Positions 25,220 to 37,322 of a stretch of DNA of 64,000 nucleotides are shown here, in pieces. Both the position numbers and the translations under genes were made by a program. Position 1 is the first letter of the stretch. Each line of letters starts with the position of its first letter. The notes under the pieces are model-generated. The model was not told where the DNA came from and did not search any database. It saw only the letters and a list, made by a program, of their open reading frames with translations. Origin of the DNA: Squalus acanthias (taxonomy: Eukaryota). Location: NCBI GenBank assembly GCA_030390025.1, contig CM059432.1:52578001-52642000 (forward strand), read 5' to 3'.

Positions 25220-25785
25220 TTACTTGTATCCTTTCTGCCCCACCACTGGGCAAGGGCTCAGCCATGCCCCTGCCAAGAATGGCCAGCACCGTCTCCTCCA
25301 GCGGGGTGAGGTGTAGCTAGGAATGGGAGGTGTGCCTAGTGTTTGGTCCAGATTATTGGTAGGTGAGTGATGGGAGTGGGGGCGGGGGGGGGTTGGGGGG
25401 GGCTTCATGCATTGAGCAGCATGCAAAGCTAGTGGTGCAATTGGTAGGAGATGGCTTTTGAAGATACATTCACTGACCTTGACCACTGGTCTGAGGTCAT
25501 GAAGCTTCTTTGGGCACTGGAGCCAGGTCGTGGGGGCAACACTGCTGGCAATGACGGCCTCGGTGATCTGGTCCCACATCATTCTTTCTGGAGGGCCTCC
25601 TGGCCCCCTGTGTGTCGAGGACCTCCCTTGCAATGTTGACCCTCTGCACAAAGCTGGAGTGCTGCGTGTTAATAAGCAAAAAGCACCAAGATACCAGTGC
25701 TGCCAATGCTAGTAATTTCGGCGGCCGTTAACTGCGGCCCACGATGCCACTGGTAGGTTTCCAGCACTCTGGAATTTCTAAGCCA
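25220..25785 (-). pseudogene. Myb/SANT-like DNA-binding gene remnant of a PIF/Harbinger transposon
   Basis: W.QITEAVIASSVAPTTWLQCPKKLHDL...VK resembles the MSANTD/trihelix motif. HLTPLEETVLAILG follows in another frame. Confidence 0.65.
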
Positions 25786-26796
25786 AGGAAATCGAAGACT
25801 CAGGGTATAGCAGTCTTCAGCTTTTACTATTTGAAGCCACCACTTTGAAGCTGTATCCCACTGTGTATATCCAAATAATTAGATTATAGGCTAATTTTAT
25901 GAATTTGCATTCCCAAAGCAGAGCTTCGATCATGGTGAGTGCATATTGGGATGGTTTTCTATCCAAATTCCTAAAATGTTTTCCTGGCAGCACAAATTCA
26001 TAACATTATCGCTTATAATTTATGTTTTACACTCCTAACTAGTTGGATGTTGCATTTGGTGGGTCTAGAAGGCAGAATCGGAGTGGTGTTTCTCTTCTAA
26101 TGAAAAATTTAATTGAAAACCCACTAACAAAATCATGGGAAAATACGATTTGGAAAAGTATGATTTCTGAGAATGAAATTCCATTAGTGGACTGGTTGCA
26201 AGGGACGTCTGTGCTCCAGTATTACTAAGGGTATCACAGGATGCTACTTTGTTGAAGGCTAAATTTTCTCCACTCTAATTGGTCACAGAGCATTTGATTA
26301 CAGTGGAGTAATTGACCGATTTAAAAATAGCTGGGAAATCTTTCTGGGCCATTTTTTTCTGAGCTGTTCACCAACACCAGCCGGCTCCTGGTAGGGGCCA
26401 GAGGTGTGAACTCTCTATGTTAGGAGATTTTGAGTCCCTGACTCCTCAAAAGCCCGGCAGAGAGGTTGCGTACCAGTGTGCTGAGTGGCAGACATAGGAT
26501 CCACTTTGAGAGTCCAAGCCAGGTATGCAACCTGGAACTCGGAAGAGAAAGATCTGTTTTATGGCACAGGAATTTTAGGTGGCTCTTAGAGGTGGTTACA
26601 TGAGCAACTACAAGTTTTCCGGGGAGAGTAACACCAGGAACCCCTCTTAGCCACCAGTTTTTTTGTTTCAGGCCTCTCCAGCATGATAAGCGGCCTAGAT
26701 GTGCTCAAAGAGGCACAAGCACCTTCCAGGGGATTGCTAATGAGGGGCCCTCTTCCTGACCCCAGCAAGTCCACCAGTGTCAGTTCCCAACAGGTA

Positions 26797-29535
26797 CATA
26801 CATAGGATTACATACATAGGATATACGGCACAGAAACAGGCCATTCGGCCCAACCAGTCCATGCCAGCGTTTATGCTCCACTTGAGCCTCCTTCCGTCTT
26901 TCCTTATCTAACTCTATCAGCATAACCCTCTATTCCCTTCTCCCTCATATGCTTATCTAGCCTCCCCTTAAATGCATCTATATTATTCGCGTCAGCCACT
27001 CCCTGTGGTAGCGAGTTCCACATTCTCACCACCCTCTGGGTAAAGACGTTTCTTCTGAATTTCCTATTTGATTTGTTGGTGACTATCTTATATTGATGGC
27101 CTCTAGTTATGCTCTTCCCCACAAGTGGAAACATTGTCTTTGTATCTACTCTATCAAAACCTTTCATAATTTTAAAGACCGCCATTAGGTCACCCCTCAG
27201 CCTTCTTTTTGTAAGCGAAAAGACACCCAGCATGTTCATCCTTTCCTGATAAGTATACCCTCGCATTTCTGGTATCATCCTTGTAAATCTTCTCTGCATC
27301 CTCTCCAGTGCCTCTATATCTTTTCTATAATATGGCGACCAGAATTGTACGCAGTACTCCAAGTGTGGTCTAACCAAGGTTCGATACAAGTTTAGTATAA
27401 CTTCACTATGGCCCAGAAATTGATCTCGCTCTGTTCCCGCGGGGGTAAGCCTTCCCCGCGATGTCTCACCTCGCTTATGCTTTTTCTGATCCAGCTCGCA
27501 CGAAATTGATGTTCCAGACATCAGCTGTGCTGGGCTTGCGTATCCCAGCGGCGTAGTTAATTCGTGCGAGCTGTGGGATCACGTGACTCAGTTAGAGCCA
27601 ATGGCAGCACACCATCTTCCATTCATAAGTCTCACAGCATGGCTGTGAGACTTATGAATCTTACACCCCCCCAAAATAACAGCTAAACCTCAATTAAATT
27701 TAAAAAAAAAACCATCACATTAATAAAATAAGTATAGTTAATTAAATTAACCATTTTAAATAAAAAATTAAATTTTTGAAAAAATTTAAAATCTTTTAAA
27801 AAGTTATAAAAATAAACTTACCTGTCTTTAAAGTCTATAAAAAAGATATACCTGTAAAAAAAAATTCAAAAAAATACTTAATTCACTACTTACCTTCTTA
27901 AAAGCGGGTCTTACTCCTCCTTTTTACATTTCCAAAATCTTCCCTACTTACCTGCGCGTCCAAAGCATGAAGTGCACAGCGTGCGCGCAGCCTGTAGCGC
28001 GCACGCGATGCAGCCAGGCCCCGCCCCCTTTTCGGAAGAGCAATTGCCGGTTTTCAGCGCATGCACAGGGCATGCAGAAAACCGGCAATTGGAGTGGGAA
28101 TACGCGAGAGTATGCAGTGCGTACTCTCGCGTCCCGGGATCAATTTTCGGCCCTATGTTTCAATTCTATCCCTCTAGAAATAAACCCTAGTGCATGGTTT
28201 GCTTTTATTTTATGGCCTTGTTAACCTGTGTCAGTACTTTTAACGATTTGTGTATTTGTACTCTGAGATCCCTTTGCACCTAAACCCCACCCAGACTCAC
28301 ACCCTCCAAGTAATAAGTGGCCTCCCTATTCTTCCTATCAAAATGTAAGACCTCACATTTATCTGTGTTGAAATTCATTTGCCAATTATATGCCCATTCT
28401 GCAAGTTTATTAATGTCCTCCTGTAATTTGTTGCATTCCTCCTCAGTATTGACTATCCCCCCCGCTACCCCACCCCAATTTGGTGTCATCCGCAAATTTA
28501 GAAATTGTGTTTTTTATTCCAAAGTCTAAATCGTTAATATAAATTGTGAACAACAGTGGTCCCAGCACTGATCCTTGTGGAACACCACTACCCATCTTCT
28601 GCCACATAGCTACCCTTTACCCCTACTCTCTGCTTTTTGTCTTGAAGCCAGCTAGCTATCCAGTCTTCTACTTGTCCCCTGACTCTGCATTCTCTGACCT
28701 TATTCATTAGGCTATAATGTGGTACCTTATCGAAGACCTTTTCAAAATCTAGGTAAATTACATCTACTACATTACCCTTGTCTACTCTCTCTGTTACCTC
28801 TTCAAAAAATTCAATGAGTTTGGTCAAGCAAGACTTTCCCTTTTTAAATCCATGCTGACTATTCATTATTATATTTTTGGCTTCTAGATGTTCTTCTATT
28901 TTCTCCTTTAGTAGGGATTCCATTATTTTTCCTACCATCGATGTTAAGCTGACTAGTCTATAGTTTCCTGGACATATTCTATCTCCCTTCTTAAATATAG
29001 GTATTATGTTAGCTATCCGCCAGTCCTCTGGCACTACACCTTTTTTTAACTAATTGTTAAATATGTGTAGTAATGCCTATGCTATCTGTTCCCTAGATTC
29101 TTTTAAAATGCATGGATGTAATCCATCTGGACCAGGGTTTTTTCCTCTTTGATTTGATTAGTTTATTTAATGTATCTCCTCTTTTTATTTTAAATGCATT
29201 TATTTCATTACTAATCTCATGATCCAACATCATGTCCACCTGTTCTACTTCCCTGGTAAATACTGAAGCAAAGTAATTATTTAATATTGCTGCCATCTAT
29301 CGTTGCCTGTGATATTATCCTGTCCAACCCATAGTGGCCCTATTCCCATCCCGACCTTCCTTTTTTTATTTATGTGCCTATAAAGTATTTAACTATTTTG
29401 TTTTATGTTCCTTGATAATTTAATTTCATAGTTCCTCTTTGCCTTCCCAATTGTTTTTTTGACTTCTCTCCTAATCTCTTCGTATTGTCCCTTATCATGC
29501 TCTCCCCTGCTGTCTATGTACTTAATGTATGATCC
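26797..29535 (-). mobile_element. CR1 LINE (RT and 3' end), split by MITE 27410-28153
   Basis: PEDWRIAN...NYR.VSLTS, QHGF, YLDF, RPHLEYCVQFW. Tail tacataca/cggcacagaaacaggcc. Confidence 0.9.
27410..28153. mobile_element. 744-bp young Harbinger-type MITE, copy 1
   Basis: TIR GGCCCAGAAATTGATCTCG / CGGGATCAATTTTCGGCCC and TSD TAT. Near-identical to 42870-43613. Confidence 0.9.
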
Positions 29536-31128
29536 TGACATAACAACAAAAATAACAACTGGCATTTATATAGTGAATCATAGAATCATAGAATGGTTAC
29601 AGCATGGAAGAAGGCCATTCGGCCCATCGAGCCCATGCCAGCTCTCTGCAAGAGCACTTCAGCTAGTCCCATTCCCCTGCCCTTTCCCCGTAGCCCTGCA
29701 AATTTCTTTCCTGCAGATACTTATCCAACTCCCTTTTGAAAGCTGTGATTGAATTTGCCTCCACTACCCTTTCAGGCAGTGCTTTCCAGATCTTAACCAC
29801 TCGCTGCGTAAAAAAGTTTTTTCTTACATTGCCTTTAGTTCTTTTGCCAATCACCTTAAATCTGTGTCCTCTGGTTCTTGACCCTTCTGCCAATGGGAAC
29901 AGTTTCCCTCCATCTACTCTGCCCAGACCCCTCATGATGTTGAACACCTCTATCAAATCTTCTCTCAATCTTCTCTGCTCCAAGGAGAACAACCCCAGCT
30001 TCTCCAGTCTAACAATGTAACTGAAGTCCCTCATTCCTGGAATCATTCTCGTAAATCTTTTCTGCACCCTCTCTAAGGCCTTCACATCCTTCCTAAAGTG
30101 TGGTGCCCAGAATTGAACACAATACTCCAGTTGGGGCCGAATCAGTGTTTTATACAGGTTCATCATAATTTCCACACTTTTATACTCTATACCTCTGTTC
30201 ATGAAGCCCAGGTTCCCGTAAACCTTTTTAACAGCTTTCTCAACCTGTCCTGCCACCTTCAACGATTTGTGCACACATACCCCCAGGTCTCTCTGTTCGT
30301 GCACCCCTTCAGGATTGTACCATTTAGTTTATATGTCCTCTCCTCATTCTTTCTATCAAAATGTATCACTTCACACTTTTCTGCGTTAAATTTCATCTGC
30401 CACGTGTCCGCCCATTTCACCAGCCTATCTATGTCTTCCTGAAATCTATCACTCTCCTCCTCACTGTTCACCAAAGTTTTGTGTCTTCTGCAAATTTTGA
30501 AATTGTGCCCTGTACACCCATGTCCAAGTCATTAATGTATATCAAAAAAAGCAGTGGTCCTAGAACTGACCCCTGGGGAACACCACTGTATACCTTCCTC
30601 CAGTCCGAAAAACAACCATTCACCACTACTCTCTGTTTCCTATCACATAGCCAATTCCATATCCATGTTGCCACTGTCCCTTTTATTCCATGGGCTTCAA
30701 CTTTGCTGGCAAGCCTATTATGTGGCACTTTGTCGAACGCCTTTTGGAAATCCATGTACACTACGTCAACTGCATTACCCTCATTAACCTTCTCTGTTAC
30801 CTCATCAAAGATCTGAATCAAATTACAGGAAACTCTTTGGTATCCGGCACCGACGGGACCCGGGTGGTGCCGGTTGAATAAAAATTCCGGATGATGGAGA
30901 GGGTTATCTACCGAGGCTATTTTTAACAAACAAAAATAAAAAAATCAAGAAATGTGCAGTATACAGTAATTGGGTACTCACCTACAGAATGTTGTGTTAA
31001 ATGGATGGTGGAAGATGCTTGATTAAGTACAGTACTGCCAGTTGAGGGTAATCCATAACTCTTTAATTACTTAACAGTAAAACAAAACTTATAAACGACT
31101 GTATACAGTACTGTAGTTGACTGTACAC

Positions 31129-33167
31129 TTATTCCAAGTCAGCTGGTTCATCAGGAATATCCATGCCAGCTGAGTCATCAGGATCATGCACTTCCACAGA
31201 TTCCACAGATTCTTCAGGCACTTAGAGAAACATAGAATCTAGGTGCAGGAGTAGGCCATTCGGCCCGTCGAGCCTGCTCCACCATTCAATACGATCATGG
31301 CTGATCATCCAAATCCAGTACCCTGTCCCTGCTTTAATCCCCACAGTACACATATCCCACCCTACCCCCGTAACCCCACATATTTAATTCCCCCTAACAT
31401 ATCCCATCCTATCCCCATAACCCCACATATTTAATCCCCCCCTAACACTAAGGGTCAATTTATCATAGCCAAATCAACCTACCCCGCACATTACTTCCGC
31501 TGCTTCGACTCTTTTGGAAGCTTTCTTAAACATGTTGCGGATGTCGGCTTGCTTAGTGGACTCTTGCCTTTTCTGTAGAAACGTGGAATGCAGAATATGG
31601 AGTTGCATAACTTCTTGGGCAGAGTAGCAAGGTTGTCTTTCAGCAAATTGGAGGATTGAAGAAAATCCTTCTGCAGCTTTAGCCCAAGAAATCTTGTTCT
31701 CTTCAGAAATCTCATCCTCTTCACTTTCCATCTCACTTTCCTTTTCTTTCTTTGGATTCAAAACACTCTCAATTATTTCATCATCACTTAGCATATGCAC
31801 AACAGCAACTTCTCTATCTGCATCAACCCACTGCTCGATATCACTTTCACTGAGGTGACGTAGAGGGTTTGCTAGGCCTACATTTTTCACCATGCCAGCC
31901 ATTTCCATTATTGTACTCTTCTTGGGATGAACATTGAACCCATGAAATTCCTCCTCTGAAGAAGAACCTTCAGCAAACATTACAGAAGGCCACAATTTGC
32001 GCCAGGCTTGCCTCAGAGTGTGACCTTTCACCAAGTTCCAGGAACATGCAACATTATAGATGGCATCTTTAATACCGTATTCCTTCTGAAATGCGTGAAT
32101 ATTGTCATCTTGGTTTATCAGTTTACGTAGGAAGTCTTTCTTGTAATGACACTTCAGATTTTGGATAACGCCCTGATCCATGGGTTGTATGAGAGAAGTT
32201 ACATTTGGTGGCAAATAAATGATGAAAATATTTCCCGAAACCAACTCGGATTCATGCGGATGGGCTCTACAATTATCAAGCAATAAAATGCATTTGCTAT
32301 CTTCAGGTTTCCCTATTTTACGGAAATGTTCCCTCACAGATGGAACAAAAATATGATGGAACCAATAGGAGAAGATTTCCTTATCCATCCAAGCATTTTT
32401 TTGATCTTTGTACTCAACAGGTAAGTGCCTCACATTTTTAAATGCACGGGGATTTTTATACTTCCCAATAACAAGAAGTTTAACCCGGTGTGATCCAGCA
32501 GCGTTCGCACATGTTAGCACGGTTACATGATCTTTATTTTTCTTGTAACCTGAAGCATTAGCCTCACTAGCCCCAGCAAGCGTTGATTCTGGCAAAAACC
32601 TCCAAAACAAGCCAGTTTCATCGGCATTATATATCTGTGCTGGCGACAAATCATGTTGCTGCACAATCCGATTGAAATAATCGCAGTATTCTTCTGCGGC
32701 ATCGTGATCAGCTGATTTCTTCTCCCCGGAAATATCGAGTCGTCGTATCCCGTGCCGTAACTTGAAGCACGTTAGCCATCCCTCAGAGGAAGCACACTTG
32801 TCAGTGAGCTCCATCCTTTCGTAGAAATCCTTCGCTTTCTCGATTAGCATGGTCCGGAAAGTGGAACACCCTCTGAACGCTTAAGAGAAAACCACTCATA
32901 AAGCACGGTATCCAGCTCTTCAAGCTTAGGCTTACAAAGCGTACACCGTTTCTCTACACTCTTAGATGTCTCCGAGCTTGAATAAAACTTGAGCAGCTTA
33001 TCCTTCTGCGATTTGATGTCGTAGATTGTTGATGAACCGATTTTGAATTCATTCCTAATGTTGATACGCTTCTCTCCCCTTTCTAGTCGTTGGCATATCT
33101 CGATTTTCTGTTTAAAAGTTAACACCACTCTCTTCCTTTTGCTTGGACCAGCTTTTGGGAATTCCAT
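31129..33167 (-). pseudogene. Tigger/jerky-like transposase (psq-type HTH, CENP-B HTH, DD32D), one frameshift and a SINE insertion
   Basis: [17 protein letters not shown]...[39 protein letters not shown] (32 residues between the 2nd and 3rd Asp). Frameshift at about 32850. Confidence 0.9.
31224..31492 (-). mobile_element. 5'-truncated HE1/V-SINE-like SINE inside the transposase gene
   Basis: Matches the 3' half of 54270-54651. ACTT is duplicated at 31220-31223 / 31493-31496. Confidence 0.85.
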
Positions 33168-33722
33168 AATGCAAGATGGGGGAGATAATTCCCGATAAAG
33201 ATGGAGAGACACACAGAAAAATGGTGGCTCGGAAGAGACTACCAGCAGCGCGGGAGACACACAGTAAAATGGCCGATCAGAAGAGACTACCAGCAGCGTG
33301 GGAGAATCAGACTCCTGTTATTGCGGTGTTCGGACTTCCCACAGCGCTGGGAAGCCGAGTAGTGGCACTTTGGAGAACTACCCCCACTGACTAACTCGGC
33401 GTTCGCGGGAGACTCGGACTTGGCAACATTGCCGGTTATTGGGGAGGAGTTTTTGGAGTATGAATTTTGCCGGTTAATAGAGAATTCCGGATATTTAGGT
33501 GCCGTTTAAACGAGAGTTTCCTGTAGTTAAACATGATTTGCCTTTAACAAATCCCTGCTGGCTTTCCTTAATTAATTCACACTTGTCCAAGTGACTGTTA
33601 ATTTTGTCCCGGATTACTGCTTCTAAAAGCTTCCCCACTACCGAGGTTAAACTGACTGGCCTGTAGTTGTTGGGTTTATCTTTATACCCTTTTTTGATCA
33701 ATGGTGTAACATGTAACATATA

Positions 33723-36700
33723 GGGAACGGTAGCATAGTGGTTAAGTTACTGGACTAGTAATCCAGAGGCCTGGACTAATGATCCAGAGACGTGAGTTCA
33801 AATCCCTCCACAACAGCTGGGGAATTTAAATTCAATTAATTAATTAAATAAATCTGGAATTAAAAAAAAAAAGTTAGTATCAGGATCGGATTGTCGTAAA
33901 AACCCATCTGATTCACTAATGCCCTTTAGGGAAGGAAATCTGCCATCCTTACCTGGTCTGGCCTATATGTGACTCCAGACCCACAGCAATGTGGTTGACT
34001 CTTAACTGCCCTCTGAAATGTCCTAGCAAGCCACTCAGTTGTAACAAACCGCTATGAAACACAACAATAAGAATAAAACCGGACGGACCACCCGGCATCG
34101 ACCTCGGCATTGGCTACGGACACGACAGTCGTCCCTGCAAAGTCCTCGTCACTAACATCTGGGGACTTGTGCCAAAATTGGGAGAGCTGTCACACAGAAT
34201 TGTTAAGCAACAGCCTGACAGAATCATTCCTTTCAGCCAATGTCCCAAACTCCTCCATCACCATCCCTGGGTGGCGGCACAGTGATATACAGTCGGGAAG
34301 GTAGTGGCCCTGGGAGTTCTCAACATCGATTCTGGACCCCATGTCTTCAGGTAAAGCATGGGCAAGGAAACCTCCTGCTGATTACCACCTACCGCCCTCC
34401 CTCAGCTGATGAATCAGTACTCCTCCATGTTGAACACCACTTGGAAGAAGCACTGAGAGCAGCAAGGGCACAGAATGTACTCTGGGTGGGGGACTTCAAT
34501 GTCCATTACCAAGAGTGGCTCGGTAGCACCACAGCTGGCCGAGTCCTGAAGGACATAGCTGCCAGTCTGAGCCTGTGACAGGTGGTGAGAGAACCAACAT
34601 GAGGGAAAAACCTACTTGACCTCGTCCTCACCAATCTATCTGTCGCAGATGCATTGGTAGCAATGACCACCGCGCAGTCATTGTGGAGATGAAGTCCCAT
34701 CTTTACACTGAGGACACCCTCCATCGTGTTGTGTGGCACTACCACTGTGCTAAATGGGATAGATTCAGAACAGATCTAGCAGCTCAAAACTGGGCATCCA
34801 TGAGGCGCTGTGGGGCAGCAGCAGAATTGTATTCCACCACAATCTGTAACCTCATGGCCTGGCATATCCTTCACTCTAGCATTACCATCAAGCCAGGGGA
34901 CCAACCCTGGTTCAATAAGGAGCGTAGAAGAGCATGCCAGGAGCAGCACCAGGCGTACCTAAAAATGCGGTGCCAACCTGGGGAAGCTGCAACACAGGAC
35001 TACATGCAATCTATAAAGCGGAAGCAGCATGCTATAGACAGGGCTAAGCAATCCCAGAATCAACGGATCAGATCAAAGCTCGGCAGTCCTGCCACATCCA
35101 GTTGTGAATGGTGGTGGACTATTAAACAACTAACAGGAGGAGGAGGCACCATGAAAATCCCCATCCTGAATGATGGTGGAACCCAGCACGTGATATCAAG
35201 AAATGGCTGAACGCACTGGATACAGCAAAGGCTATGGGCCCGACAACAGTCCTGCTGAAGACTTGTGCTCCAGAACTAGCCGCGCCTCTAGCCAAGCTAT
35301 TCCAGTACAGTTACAACACTATCCGACAATGTGGAAAACTACCCAGGTATGTCCTGTCCACCAAAAGCTGGAGAAATCCAATCCGGCCAATTACCGCCCC
35401 ATCAGTCTACTCTCAATCACCAGCAAAGTGATGGAAGGTGTCGTCGACAGTGCTTTCAAGCGGCACTTGCTCACGGATGCCCAGTTTGGGTTCCGCCAAG
35501 ACCACTCGGCTCCAGACCTCATTGCAGCCTTGGTCCAAACATGGACAAAAGAGCTGAATTCCAGAGGTGAGGTGAGAGTGACTGCCCTTGACATCAAGGC
35601 AGCATTTGACCGAGTGTGGCATCAAGGAGCCCTAGTAAAACTGAAGTCAATGGGAATCAGGGGGAAAACTCTCCATTGGCTGGAGTCATACCTAGCACAA
35701 AGGAAGATGCTTGTGGTTGTTGGAGGTCAATCATCACAGCCCCAGGACATCGCTGCAGGAGTTCCTCAGGGCAGTGTCCTAGGCCCAACCATTTTCAGCT
35801 GCTTCATCAATGACCTTCCCTCCAACATAAGGTCAGAAATGGGGATGTTCGCTGATGACTGCACAGTGTTCAGTGCCATTCGCAACTCCTCAGATAATAA
35901 AGCACTCCATGCCCGCATGCAACAAGACCTGGACAATGTTCAGGCTTGGGCTGATAAGTGGCAGGTAACATTCATGCCACAGAAGTACCAGGCAATGACT
36001 ATCTGCAACAAGCGAGAGTCTAACCACTGCCCCTTGACAACAAGAGCAGGTCAGAGGCTAGGTATTCTGCGGCGAGTGTCTCACCTCCTGACTCCCCAAA
36101 GCCTTTCCACCATCTACAAGGCACAAGTAAGGAGTGTGATGGAATTCTCTCCACTTGCCTGGATGAGTGCAGCTCCAACAACACTCAAGAAGCTCGACAT
36201 CATCCAGGACAAAGCAGCCCGCTTGATTGGCACCCCATCCACCACCTTAAACATTCACTCCCTCCACCATCGGCGTACTGTGGCTGCAGTGTGTACCATC
36301 TACAAGATGTACTGCAGCAACTCGCCAATGCTTCTTCGGCAGCACCTCCCAAACCCTCGACCTCTACCACCTAGAAGGACAAGGGCAGCAGGCGCATGGG
36401 AACACCACCACCTCCAAGTTCCCCTCCTAGTCACACACCATCCTGACTTGGAAGTATTTTTTTTAATCGTTTATGGGATGTGGGTGTCGCTGGCAAGGCC
36501 AGCATTTATTGCCCATCCCATTCCTTCATCGTCGCTGGGTCAAAATCCTGGAACTCCCTCCCTAAACGCACTGTGGGAGTACCTTCACTGTACGGACTGC
36601 AGCGGTTCAAGAAGGCGGCTCACCGCCACCTTCTCAAGGGCAATTAGGGATGGGCAATAAATGCTGGCCTTGCCAGCGACGCCCAGATCCCATGAAGAAT
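33723..36700 (+). mobile_element. CR1-group LINE with tRNA-like 5' head, single EN+RT ORF (frameshifted), stem-loop 3' tail
   Basis: A box 33731-33741, B box 33794-33805. EN begins about 34142 (VLVTNIWGLVPKLGEL; YRPP, GDFNVH). RT in 35203..36660 ([33 protein letters not shown]). Confidence 0.85.
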
Positions 36701-37322
36701 TTTTTTTTTTTAATTTGCAATTCTCCAGTCCTCTGGCACCACCCCCGTGTCTAAGGTGGATTGGAATATTATGGCCAGTACCCCCGCGATTTCCTCCCTC
36801 AATTCCCTCAGCATCCTAGGATGCATCCCATCCGCTCCTGGTGATTTATCTACTTTAAGTACAGCCAGCCTTTTTATTACCTCCTCTTTATCAATGTTTA
36901 TCCTATCATGTATCTGCACTACCTCCTCCTTTACTATGGCTATGGCAGCATCCTCTTTCTTGGTGAAGACAGATGCAAAGTACTCATTTAGTACCTCAGC
37001 CATACCCTCTGCCTCCATGCATAGGTCTCCTTTTTGGTCCCAAATTAGCCCCACCCCTCCTCTTACTACCGTTTTACTATTTATATGCCTATAGAAGACT
37101 TTTGGATTACCTTTTATGTTGGCTGCCATTCTATTCTCATACCTTCTCTTTGCCCCACTTATTTTCTTTTTCATTTCTCCTCTGACCTTTCTATATATAG
37201 CCTGATTCTCAGATGTATTTGCAACCTGACATCTGCCATAAGCACCCTTTTACATCTTCACCATATTCTCTATCTCTTTCGTCATCCAGGGAGCCCTGAC
37301 TTTAGTTGCCCTGCCTTTCCCC

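Larger units (their letters stand above)
30826..33523 (-). mobile_element. Tigger/pogo (Tc1-mariner superfamily) DNA transposon, full length
   Basis: TIRs CAGGAAACTCT.......CGGCACC (26 bp, imperfect) and TA TSD (30824-30825 / 33524-33525). The host CR1 rejoins across it. Confidence 0.93.

Noticed and set aside
31474..32850. Domesticated host gene (JRK/JRKL/TIGD)
   Set aside because: Flanked by TIRs and TA TSD, nested in a CR1, frameshifted and SINE-disrupted, so it is a transposon copy.
33723..33810. Functional tRNA genes here and at 54270-54340
   Set aside because: Both are retroelement heads: no proper acceptor stem or terminator, and contiguous with LINE/SINE bodies.
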